Part shown: piece after piece, positions 23,432-34,454 of the stretch
Numbering within the stretch: position 1 is the stretch's first letter
Layout of the letters: each line of letters begins with the position of its first letter
The notes under the pieces: generated by a model
Database searches by the model: none
The model's input: only the letters and a program-made list of their open reading frames with translations
Told to the model about the DNA's origin: nothing
Translations under genes and position numbers: made by a program
Source of the DNA: Macrostomum lignano
Lineage: Eukaryota
Assembly: GCA_002269645.1 (NCBI GenBank)
Contig: NIVC01000162.1
Span: 372,001-436,000 of the forward strand
DNA length: 64,000 nt
Direction: 5' to 3'

Positions 23432-25132
23432 ACATCTGACACAGTCTGCTTGTCTCTGACACAGGGCGCCTGCCTACATCTGACACAGTCTGCTTGTCTC
23501 TGACACAGGGCGCCTGCCTGCATCTGACACAGTCTGCTTGTCTCTGACACAGGGCGCCTGCCTGCATCTGACACAGTCTGCTTGTCTCTGACACAGGGCG
23601 CCTGCCTGCATCTGACACAGTCTGCTTGTCTCTGACACAGGGCGCCTGCCTGCATCTGACACAGTCTGCTTGTCTCTGACACAGGGCGCCTGCCTGCATC
23701 TGACACAGTCTGCTTGTCTCTGACACAGGGCGCCTGCCTGCATCTGACACAGTCTGCTTGTCTCTGACACAGGGCGCCTGCCTGCATCTGACACAGTCTG
23801 CTTGTCTCTGACACAGGGCGCCTGCCTGCATCTGACACAGTCTGCTTGTCTCTGACACAGGGCGCCTGCCTGCATCTGACACAGTCTGCTTGTCTCTGAC
23901 ACAGGGCGCCTGCCTGCATCTGACACAGTCTGCTTGTCTCTGACACAGGGCGCCTGCCTGCATCTGACACAGTCTGCTTGTCTCTGACACAGGGCGCCTG
24001 CCTGCATCTGACACAGTCTGCTTGTCTCTGACACAGGGCGCCTGCCTACATCTGACACAGTCTGCTTGTCTATGACACAGGGCGCCTGCCTGCATCTGAC
24101 ACAGTCTGCTTGTCTCTGACACAGGGCGCCTGCCTGCATCTGACACAGTCTGCTTGTCTCTGACACAGGGCGCCTGCCTGCATCTGACACAGTCTGCTTG
24201 TCTCTGACACAGGGCGCCTGCCTGCATCTGACACAGTCTGCTTGTCTCTGACACAGGGCGCCTGCCTGCATCTGACACAGTCTGCTTGTCTCTGACACAG
24301 GGCGCCTGCCTACATCTGACACAGTCTGCTTGTCTATGACACAGGGCGCCTGCCTGCATCTGACACAGTCTGCTTGTCTCTGACACAGGGCGCCTGCCTG
24401 CATCTGACACAGTCTGCTTGTCTCTGACACAGGGCGCCTGCCTGCATCTGACACAGTCTGCTTGTCTCTGACACAGGGCGCCTGCCTGCATCTGACACAG
24501 TCTGCTTGTCTCTGACACAGGGCGCCTGCCTGCATCTGACACAGTCTGCTTGTCTCTGACACAGGGCGCCTGCCTGCATCTGACACAGTCTGCTTGTCTC
24601 TGACACAGGGCGCCTGCCTGCATCTGACACAGTCTGCTTGTCTCTGACACAGGGCGCCTGCCTGCATCTGACACAGTCTGCTTGTCTCTGACACAGGGCG
24701 CCTGCCTGCATCTGACACAGTCTGCTTGTCTCTGACACAGGGCGCCTGCCTGCATCTGACACAGTCTGCTTGTCTCTGACACAGGGCGCCTGCCTGCATC
24801 TGACACAGTCTGCTTGTCTCTGACACAGGGCGCCTGCCTGCATCTGACACAGTCTGCTTGTCTCTGACACAGGGCGCCTGCCTGCATCTGACACAGTCTG
24901 CTTGTCTCTGACACAGGGCGCCTGCCTGCATCTGACACAGTCTGCTTGTCTCTGACACAGGGCGCCTGCCTGCATCTGACACAGTCTGCTTGTCTCTGAC
25001 ACAGGGCGCCTGCCTGCATCTGACACAGTCTGCTTGTCTCTGACACAGGGCGCCTGCCTGCATCTGACACAGTCTGCTTGTCTCTGACACAGGGCGCCTG
25101 CATACATCTGACAGTCTATTTGTCTCTGACAC
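23432..25132. repeat. 44-bp highly homogeneous minisatellite, about 38 copies
   Basis: Unit catctgacacagtctgcttgtctctgacacagggcgcctgcctg, very few variants. Confidence 0.97.
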
Positions 25133-25441
25133 AAAAGCTATTCAATAAGGTGCACCGATAGCTTCCCACTCAATCAAAAACACTCTCAATCAATCAACAA
25201 CAACAATTTCTACATTTTTCCAACCAATCCATGCAGTATGTCTCTGGCCCACGATACTCAGAAAGTTTTTACAATATTAAACTACGGCTTTTAGAACACA
25301 AAGCAAGTGTGACGACCCCACCACCCAGCCTGCTGCAACCCAACTCTTATGCACTACTTGATTTGAGAGTTGGTTGGCTGTGCATGAACCGTGAACGTGG
25401 AAGATTGAAAACGGAATGAGGCCGGTTTTCCAGCGAATCCC

Positions 25442-25577
25442 CCAATGACTCAGCCAACACCACCCCAACGCCCCAATGTCAAGCCAGCGCACTGCATGAG
25501 CCAATAAGCGGCCAGGCGGCCTTAAAACCGGTTTCGGGAAATCCCCTGCCAGCCCCTGCATTTCTAGTGTATAAAAG
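25442..25577 (+). promoter_or_regulatory. Probable glutamine synthetase core promoter: three CCAAT boxes and a TATA box
   Basis: CCAAT at 25442, 25473 and 25501; TATAAAAG at 25570-25577; ATG at 25684. Confidence 0.55.
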
Positions 25578-25683
25578 CAAAAGCATAAGTAGAAAACCCG
25601 CAAATCTGATCATAGCCCGGACTTTGCTGCAACTGAACGTTTGAAGTTGATATCTTTCACCAAAAACAGGCCAGACAATAGAC

Positions 25684-28600
25684 ATGCTCGGCATTACGCA
25701 GACAACGAATAAAACTACTCTTCTGGTGAGTCGCGAGAGGTTTTATCGAACCATATTACTTACATGGACGTTGTTAGACAGCTAATAATACTTTTAACTA
25801 ATTCTAACAACAGAGGTACTTGGCGCTGCCACAGCCGGAGGACAAGGTCCAGTGCATGTACATCTGGATTGACGGTACCGGAGAGAATTTGAGAGCAAAA
25901 ACGCGCACAGTTGATTTTGTACCGAAACAGGCGACAGGTGAGCAAAATCAAAAATGGAGTTCTCGTCTTTGTTTTAGTTCAAAATTCCGGCCGAACTTTG
26001 ATGAACTTACAGGCATGACCCCGAGCTCCATTAAGCTGCGCCATTTCCACTTCAATTTTATTGCGACCACTTTTCCCAGGGGGGTCAGCTGACCCCGTTT
26101 GACACCCCTGACGGCTGGCTCCGCCATTGAGTAAAGTTCTGCTCTCCCTTCCATCTTGCCGCATTCAATTCAATTCAAACAGTTCAATTCTTTTTTCTGA
26201 AATTTTCAAGGGAATCTAGATTCTCGAACCTCTGAATTTCTCAGGGGTCAGGTGACCTTTTTTGACCCCCAAAATCTGCCGTTGCCTTGATAATTATCTT
26301 TATTCGTAGATCATGGGGTAAATTTTTCGTCTCCTATGTGGTTGCTTGTCATTTTTTGTATCTTATAGAGTGCAAGGTACTGACTGATTATAATCTTGAT
26401 TAAGTGAACTTTGCGATAATGAAAACAATTTTCCTTCACAAACATTCTCTGTGAAAGTTTTAGCCTGTACTCCTTTGCATTTCGGCTGAATTAAAACTGA
26501 ATTATCACTGCACGGGTCGCTTGCGTGCTCCACAGCTGACTGGCTATGTACATTGTCAATGTACGGGGCCTCGTGTCAGTTATACAAGGGAAAGAAAGAG
26601 GGTTGACTGGGACTGACTTCGGGCTGAAGTGGCAGGCCCCCACCCCCTCCCTAGCGGACTTGTAAGTAGCGATGAGAAAACCCTCCTGAGGGGCGGGGGT
26701 GAAATAGCTCGGGTTTCCTAACTGTCACGCGTTGTCCGCGTGACCAACAAAATTTACCGGACTAAGCTGGTTCCACCCCGTGCGACGTGTGCGAGCCCCG
26801 TCAAGGCGAGGCGACCTGCCTTTTCAAAATCTTGATTCCTATGGCATGGCATGGGTCTATTTATTTCTAAGATACACACAGCAATATGAAAAAATTCCAC
26901 CCAAGATCATCAGTGTCCACTTTTTCTAAGATCTCGGTCCAACGTCCAATTGTGACGAAATTCACACCACGACTGCCGGTGCTTGTCTCGGCTGAATGCA
27001 AATTGCGTCACCACTCTCACCAGGCCCTAGCTTAGGCTGGTGAGGAGGGGTACGAGATTTACGAATCCCATCTCGTATGAGAAGTTATGGTTAGAGTTGG
27101 ACTTAAGTTGCAAGTTGTTGACAACTGCATGGTTTCGTGGTATGATTAAAGACCTCATTCTCAGCATGCAGCATAGGGGTGGTGACAGAACTACTTTAAG
27201 CAGTCCCTACCTTCAAAACTCCTTGGCCGTAGTTTGGATTAGAACAGTGGGACCTTGCTATCGGACCACAACCCAAGCTACCAATTCTCCATCTAAGGCG
27301 GGTGCCCCTGAGAGGGTGATGGCTGATCCCCATGTCTGATCTGAGCTAGCAAAAGTGCCTGGCAAGACTTTTAGACAATGTTCGTACTATGCTACTGATA
27401 GTAGGGAGAGTTGAGAAGCTAGAGGAATAGTAATCACAAATATGACGCCAATGAACTAACTTAACTGTTTTGACAATTGTACTCCTCTTTTGTGAGTCTG
27501 GCGTCATTGGTTCCCATTTTTTGTGAGGCTGAATCCTACTTTCTCTCCCCTGACACTCACTTTGTCGCTTAACGTCACTGCTAACTACCTTGGTCGTACG
27601 TTGTGCAGCTTCAGCCCCCCATAAAGAATAAAAAAGTTGCATAACTCCCCCCGCAGAGCTGCCAATCTGGAACTTCGATGGCTCCAGCACCGGGCAGGCG
27701 GAGGGCCACAACTCCGATGTCATGATCCACCCGGTGGCCCTGTTCAAGGACCCGTTTCGCGGCAACAACAATAAGCTGGTGCTGTGCGAAACCTACCGCC
27801 ACGATGGCGCGGTGCATCCTAGTAACAAGCGCAACTCCTGCAACCAGGTGATGCAGAAAGCCAAAGGTTTCGAGCCCTGGTTCGGCATTGAGCAGGAGTA
27901 CACTCTGCTGGACACGGACCTGCACCCCTTCGGCTGGCCTAAGAACGGCTTCCCCGGGCCGCAGGGTCCCTACTACACCGGGGTGGGCGCCAACAATGTC
28001 CACGGTCGCGACATTGTGGAGTCGCACTACCGGGCTTGTCTGTACTCGGAGATCAAAATCTCCGGCGAGAACGCTGAGGTCATGCCGGCGCAGTGGGAGT
28101 TCCAGGTGAGGTTGCCGCCACTCTTTCACAACGGTTTAGTCGCTGCTGGAAGAAACAGTAGTCATGTGACTGCTCTCAACCAATAGCGACCTACATGTGT
28201 GTGTGTGCAAGAGAGAACGCCGCGCCAGGCACTATCGAGACTGCAATGACTCATCGAAGTGCCAATGGACGCAATTACTAATAATTTTAATGAAATTTCA
28301 CTCTGTGCCAAAAACAGTTGTCTTCCGATTATAAAAGCCAAACATACTGCTTTCAGTAGGTAGAATGACGCTGTACAATGCAAGCGTTCTCGCTTCTATT
28401 TTCAGGTTGGCCCGTGCGAAGGCATCAGCATGGGCGATCACCTGTGGGTGGCCAGGTTCCTGTTGCACCGGGTGGCCGAAGACTTCGGCGTTGTGGTCTC
28501 CTTCGACCCCAAGCCGATGCCGGGCGACTGGAATGGCGCCGGCGCCCATGCAAACTACAGCACCAAGGAGATGCGCGCGCCAGGCGGCATGAAGGCCATG

Positions 28601-29256
28601 GTGGAGGCCATCGAGAGGCTGGGCAAGCGGCACGCCGCCCACATCAGGGCCTACGATCCCAACGGCGGAAACGACAACCGAAGGCGGCTCACTGGCCGGC
28701 ACGAGACATCAAGCATCGATAATTTTAGCTATGGTGAGCTCGCTTAGGGCCAGGTGGGGCACTAACAGGTGCCCTAAAGCTTGCCCCTGAGATTAAAGCG
28801 ATCGAATGTTAATTAGTTAGTTCACTGGATGTGAACAGCCGATCCAGCAGCCAGGGACGGTGCATTAGATCAGTGCGGCCGAGTGCAGAATCGACCCGTG
28901 GAACCGTCGAGTGGGGGACTCTAGCGATAGAGAGTCGGACGACGCGTTCTAGCGCTAAGCTGCTCTGCCCTAAGCAGCCAAATCATCAATGTGTCATTCC
29001 AAATCCAGGGGAATGGGCAGCAGTGCCTCAGCGCCAGGGTGCCCCGCAGCATTGCCGATTATATTTTTAATAACTCTACCTAAATTCGCGCCCCTCCGCA
29101 GGCGTGGCCCACCGAGGCTCGTCCATCCGCATCCCGCGTCAGTGCAGCGACGACGGCTGCGGCTACATCGAGGACCGGCGGCCTTCGTCCAACTGCGACC
29201 CGTACTCGGTCACCGAGATGCTAGTCCGCACCACCTGTTTGAATGAGACCGACTAA
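25684..29256 (+). CDS. GLUL: Glutamine synthetase (eukaryotic type II), 5 exons, 365 aa
   Basis: Exons 25684-25725, 25814-25937, 27657-28105, 28406-28733, 29102-29256 total 1098 nt, in frame, GT-AG. Motifs [67 protein letters not shown]. Confidence 0.97.
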
Positions 29257-29811
29257 TTCTCCAAAAGTGATCTTACCGTAATCAACTGTTTAGTATAGAA
29301 GCGCTGACTGCCCTGCCCAGGCCTGCTTGTTATTATTAAAAGTACATCTGCGTCAGGTATGCACCGAGCTTCGGGTCATATCATACGTGTTCTTATCATC
29401 TATGAGTACTAATCTGTCCTATCAGAATCCCAATGCCAGTTATAATCAATGCCTCAACATTAAAGTTTTAACTTCACCCCCGATGACTAACATTTCGCTT
29501 ATCATTAACCTGAGGTAGTTGCTTAGAATTATAACAAAATATTTTACAAATTTACCCTATCTGTCAAGACTTTTTCGTATCTTTGCGCTGTGTCTGTCTC
29601 TCATGTAATTTGCATAAACTTTTCTTCATTGTTTAACTTTTAACCCAAATAGTCATTAATCTTTAAAATAATTATGTTTTAATATTTCCGTACAAAATAT
29701 TTTGCTTCCAATTAAATAAATAATTATCCTCCACACTAAGTACAAACTCGTTCAGTGTCGTGTCGTTTCGGACTACAAAATCCTTCAGACTCTGACCCAG
29801 GCCACTCAGAA

Positions 29812-30440
29812 CAGATTCAGACCCTGACACAGATTTCTGAGACCCTGACAGATCTCTGAGACCCTGACACAGATCTCTGAGACCCTGACACAGATCTCTG
29901 AGACCCTGACACAGATCTCTGAGACCCTGACACAGATCTCTGAGACCCTGACACAGATCTCTGAGACCCTGACACAGATCTCTGAGACCCTGACAGATCT
30001 CTGAGACCCTGACACAGATCTCTGAGACCCTGACACAGATCTCTGAGACCCTGACACAGATCTCTGAGACCCTGACACAGATCTCTGAGACCCTGACACA
30101 GATCTCTGAGACCCTGACACAGATCTCTGAGACCCTGACACAGATCTCTGAGACCCTGACACAGATCTCTGAGACCCTGACACAGATCTCTGAGTTCCTG
30201 ACACAGATCTCTGAGACCCTGACACAGATCTCTGAGACCCTGACACAGATCTCTGAGACCCTGACACAGATCTCTGAGACCCTGACACAGATCTCTGAGT
30301 TCCTGACACAGATCTCTGAGACCCTGACACAGATCTCTGAGACCCTGACACAGATCTCTGAGTTCCTGACACAGATCTCTGAGACCCTGATACAGATCTC
30401 TGAGACCCTGACACAGATCTCTGAGACCCTGACACAGACC
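29812..30440. repeat. 21-bp minisatellite, about 30 copies
   Basis: Unit gaccctgacacagatctctga. Confidence 0.95.
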
Positions 30441-31598
30441 CCTGTGTGGTCCTGAACCCACATTCCATTCATACCAAATCACTTTATGCTTCATTTCGAA
30501 GCTGTCGATACAATACAGCTACCAGTTCACAGAAATTCAAGCGATAGCTACTACTGCACACTTTGACAGTAGTAAATTATGGAAATTTTGCAACAGTATG
30601 CGTAGTAAAAGAACAACCGGATTGAATTCGGAATTCCCACCGCACCGGACACAAATCAGTTTCGACCAATTGGGCTGCCAGCTACACCTGCTGACATTCA
30701 AGTCGTGACGACAGGTGTAGATTGATTAATAGCTTGCTTTTAGAAGCAGCAAGCCGGAGATCTGTGGTGCAGAACTGGGTCGTTTATCATCTCGGAAGGT
30801 TCCGGTTAGTCAAAACCATGAACTACCAGCTGCATACCTGATACCTGATTAGTAAACTTCTTGCGGACTCGTCTTCATGCATCCACTTATAGTTGTTGAC
30901 TGGAATTGATGGCCATGGCAATTAATAATAAGATGTGGCACATACAAACTGGATTGATGATGCACAGTTTTTTTCTCCTGTGGATTAAATGCTGGCACGG
31001 AGTTCTTATCGCCGCCGAGTACAACAGCAGTAGCTTTAAGTCGGTTGTCTTAGAAATGACCTGGAGGCCAGTAAGTAATTCGGATATTTGTTCTTTTGCT
31101 GTTGCATTTTGTATTCTTTCTAGAGAATACTGGTTATACTGGAGCATATATTAAAGGCACTAGCGACACGACAAATATCCAGCCTCCGGCATGTCGCTCT
31201 TCTGTCTTGTTGTCTGAATCTCTGTCTAAGTGTCTTAGTTTCTCAGTCTCTCAGTCTGTTAGTGTCCTAATTAGCGCCCTTCTTAGTGTCTTATTGTCTT
31301 AGTGCCTAGTGTCTTAGTGTCTTAGTGTCTTAGTGCCTATTGTCTCAGTATTCTAGTGTCTTAGTATCTGTCCTAATGTCTTAGTGTCTTAGCGTCATAG
31401 TGCCTTAGTGCCTTAGTGTTTTTGTTTCTTAGTGTCTTAGTGTCTTAGTATTCTAGTGTCTCAGTATCTGTCTTAGTGTCTTAGTGCCTTAATTCCTTAG
31501 TGTCTAATAAGTGCCTTGTCTTAGCGTCTTGTGTCCTAGTGCCTTAGTGTCTTAGTGTCTTGGAAAATGAATCCGAAAATCAACATAATGTAAGTAAA

Positions 31599-31630
31599 GA
31601 CGCGTTTCGCACTCCTAGGTGCATCTTCAG
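31599..31630 (-). ncRNA. Minimal type I hammerhead ribozyme (Penelope-type), left arm
   Basis: The minus strand reads CUGAAGA-U-GCAC-CUAGGA-GUGC-GAAA-CGC-GUC, with palindromic ACGCGU in place of stem III. Confidence 0.75.
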
Positions 31631-31813
31631 GTTTATTTTTTCAACAACGAAATTAAACAGGTTTTGCGAATAAATATGTGGAGTTGGTTGTAGGTAAACA
31701 AGAAAAATTAGAAAAATTATTGAACAAATCGATATTGGAGAACACATGAGTTAGTCCGTACGGCAGAGTGAAGTCCGGGGGCGGAAAGAATGTACACCCA
31801 GTACTCTCTCTCA

Positions 31814-32140
31814 TCAAAAGACACGTAGTAGGTGACCCGCGCCACTATGTTGGAGTTGTGTGTTTAGGCTGGGTGACTGGGCTTTTATGTGCATGGCCTC
31901 AAGAATTCTAAGTTTGAAGTCCGACTGACATTGGTCGATGATTTTAAAGTGCTCGTTTGGGTTGCAGTTAGAGCAGCTACTACAGTGCAGTAAGTGATCT
32001 TGTATAGCAGACGGTTTGAGCCAGTGCTCCCTGGTTCTGGTGTGTAGGTGTCTTTTAGTTTTCCCCACGTAGGAGACGCTCTGGTCAACAGAGCAGTTGA
32101 ATTGATAGACGACACCAGCACGCAGAGCACGGGGGACACA
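31814..32140 (-). CDS. Penelope-like element GIY-YIG endonuclease domain, 5'-truncated (no RT)
   Basis: VPRALRAGVVYQFNC...SYVGKTKRHLHTRTREH...LEAMHI...PSLN. The stop codon lies inside the pseudo-LTR. An in-frame ATG at 32497 reads through the 12-bp repeat into this domain. Confidence 0.85.
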   Translation of the reverse strand, partial: CVPRALRAGVVYQFNCSVDQSVSYVGKTKRHLHTRTREHWLKPSAIQDHLLHCSSCSNCNPNEHFKIIDQCQSDFKLRILEAMHIKAQSPSLNTQLQHSGAGHLLRVF

Positions 32141-32480
32141 CGGCCGGCGGCTGGGCCGGCGGCTGGGCCGGCGGCTGGGCCGGCAGCAGGGCCGGCAGCA
32201 GGGCCGGCAGTAGGGCCGGCAGCAGGACCGGCAGCAGGACCGGCAGCAGGACCGGCAGCAGGACCGGCAGCAGGGCCGGCAGCAGGACCGGCAGCAGGAC
32301 CGGCGGCAGGGCCGGCAGCAGGGCCGGCAGCAGGGCCGGCGGCAGGGCCGGCGGCAGGGCGAGTGGCATGGCGAGCGGCAGTGCGAGCGGCAGGGCGAGC
32401 GGCAGGGCGAGTGGCAGGTCGAGCGGCAGGGCGAGCAGCAAGGCGAGTGGCAGGGCGAGCGGCAGGGCCAGTGGCAGTGC
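32131..32480. repeat. GC-rich 12-bp repeat (cctgctgccggc / cctgccgctcgc on minus)
   Basis: Directly visible. It encodes PAAG/PAAR, or Cys/Arg-rich runs, depending on frame. Confidence 0.85.
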
Positions 32481-32576
32481 GAGCAGCTGTCTCGCATGGA
32501 ATTAAAACTTTGGACTGTCTATCAGACGCCGTCCGCTTAGGGCTAAAACTGGTGCCGCCGCGACCCGCCTCTTTGC

Positions 32577-33472
32577 TCAGTTTTTTGATTCGGCAGCCAC
32601 CGAGCTGTGTTGCAGCTTTGAGTGGCTCCCTTCGCAGATGCGGCAGATGTGGGCGAAATTGCAGGTGTGTCTGTGACAGCCTTTGTTGCTATTGAACAGG
32701 CCGCAGATGACCTGTCCAGCGGATGACAGCTGGCCCCTGCTACGGTGACCCTGGACTCCTTGACCGACCGCGACTGGGCCAGCAGCTCGCAGGTTTTTGG
32801 GCGCCGTCATATGCTTGATGATGAGGTTCAGATCGGGGCTGTCCCAGTCGCGCTGTCGCGAGTGCTGCTGCAGCCTCATGTCCTGGTCGTACTGGAGCAC
32901 CACCTTCCAGTCGTAGCCAGCGTCGATCAGCTCGCCGATGTGGATGTTAAAGTTGAGGTAGGCGTTCAGACTTTTGCAGTCGGGCTGTCCATCCGTACCG
33001 GGCGCCACCAGCTGGCCGGTCTCCAGCAGTCGCTGCATGATCCGCGCGTTGGCAGCCACCCACTGGCCGAAGTTGACTCCGGACAGGCTCGGCGTTGCGC
33101 CTTTCAGAGTCAGGCGACCACGATCCTGTGTCAGCCATCCTCCCAACTGCTGCCTCTCGTCCAGAAATTCCGGGATGAGCAGCGCTGATGGGGGCCGCTG
33201 GGCTCCGGCCGAATCAAACCTCGGTTGTCGGCTCTGGTCCCCGAACAGGCTGGCGTAGATGTCCGGCCCTCCTCTGGCCAGCGGGGGCGATGCGGCGCCA
33301 CTGCGGATCGACTGCACTTCATCCCGCAACTGGGCCTCAGCCTTCTGCAGTTTAAGCAGCTCGATCCTCTTCTGAGTCTGCCGAATCTGCGCTTCTGTGG
33401 CCTCCTCCGCTGGCGCAGCCCGGCGCACGTCATCCTCGTCCTGGTCGTCGTCACCGTCGTCATCGCTGGAGA
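32577..33472 (-). CDS. DIRS/Ngaro-type gag-like ORF1 fragment, truncated at the 5' end by the pseudo-LTR
   Basis: Motifs FGQWVAANARIM, YDWKVVLQYDQDMR and a C-terminal CGLFNSNKGCHRHTCNFAHICRICEGSH zinc finger. The frame is open up to the arm junction (VSSDDDGDDDQDEDD) with no native ATG. Confidence 0.7.
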
Positions 33473-33681
33473 CGGGTCACCTACTACGTGTCTTTTGATG
33501 AGAGAGAGTACTGGGTGTACATTCTTTCCGCCCCCGGACTTCACTCTGCCGTACGGACTAACTCATGTGTTCTCCAATATCGATTTGTTCAATAATTTTT
33601 CTAATTTTTCTTGTTTACCTACAACCAACTCCACATATTTATTCGCAAAACCTGTTTAATTTCGTTGTTGAAAAAATAAAC

Positions 33682-33713
33682 CTGAAGATGCACCTAGGAG
33701 TGCGAAACGCGTC
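33682..33713 (+). ncRNA. Minimal type I hammerhead ribozyme (Penelope-type), right arm
   Basis: ctgaaga t gcac ctagga gtgc gaaa cgc gtc; predicted cleavage after C33713. Stem I pairing is short and imperfect. Confidence 0.75.
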
Positions 33714-34454
33714 TTTACTTACATTATGTTGATTTTCGGATTCATTTTCCTTTTACTAGCCAAGCGAGCTACACTACCCGATTTCTACTTAGTGTCTTGC
33801 GTCCTAGTGACTTAGAGCCTTAGTATCTTACTGCCTTTAGTAGTGTTTTAGTGTCTTAGTGCCTTAGGGTCCTAGTGTCTAGTATCTGTCTTAGTGTCCT
33901 AGTGTCTTAGTTCCTTAGTGTCTTAGTGCCTTAGAGCCTTAGTGTCTTAGTTATATCTTAGGGCCTGTCTGTCTGTGTTAAGTGTCCGTATTAGTGTCTT
34001 TTAGACATCTGTCTGTCGACAGTCCGTCACAATGATTCAGCAAAAATCATTTGAGAGTAGAAGGCATTACCGTTAAACATAAGCGTTTAAAACAAATTAA
34101 AAGAAAAAACCTGTGTTATTAGTATGGCCAGAGCAGGCAAATGAGGTCTAGCAGTGCTTTATATACGGTTAAATAAAGTAATTGCTTAATCCGCAATTTC
34201 ACTGCACATTGATGACGTTTGCCAGAATGGCTAGCTCTAAGCAGCTTTGGATCAGAAGGCTAACTTTTTTCGAATACTAAAAACCATTCAATAGAGTGCA
34301 ATAAATAATAACAAAACCTTTAAATTTGTACATCAACAGTACAGCGAAGCATAATGTATAATAATGTATTAATTCCTCACTTTCGCCCGGCCATATGACT
34401 ATAGAAATCCTATTTTAGTCCAGCGCAATAAAACCAAATAAATGCGTTTCTGCA

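Larger units (their letters stand above)
31562..33787 (-). mobile_element. Chimeric Penelope-like/DIRS-like element with identical inverted pseudo-LTRs
   Basis: 31562-31839 is the exact reverse complement of 33473-33750 (278 bp). The interior holds a DIRS-type gag fragment, a 12-bp repeat and a GIY-YIG domain. cttagtgtctt flanks both sides (31551-31561, 33788-33798). Confidence 0.85.
31255..33990. repeat. Degenerate 8-bp repeat tract (ttagtgtc) split by the inserted chimeric element
   Basis: The tract is present at 31255-31561 and resumes at 33788-33990. Confidence 0.8.

Noticed and set aside
23353-25134. 550-aa Cys/Arg/Gln-rich ORFs
   Set aside because: Translation of a 44-bp tandem repeat; the 44-aa period equals three units and no unique domain is present.
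26080-26290. Two transposon-end-like segments (tgacacccc...ctccgccattg; tgaccccc...tctgccgttg)
   Set aside because: No matching opposite ends or TSDs in the window.
29672-30494. Heptad-like ORFs (CQGLRDL, SEICVRV)
   Set aside because: A 21-bp repeat open in three frames; the coiled-coil look is a consequence of the unit length.
30480-31230. Possible small exons with a GTAAGT donor near 31070
   Set aside because: No consistent frame or recognisable product.
31255-33990. ttagtgtc tract as telomeric repeat
   Set aside because: It is an 8-bp degenerate unit, not TTAGGG or TTAGG.
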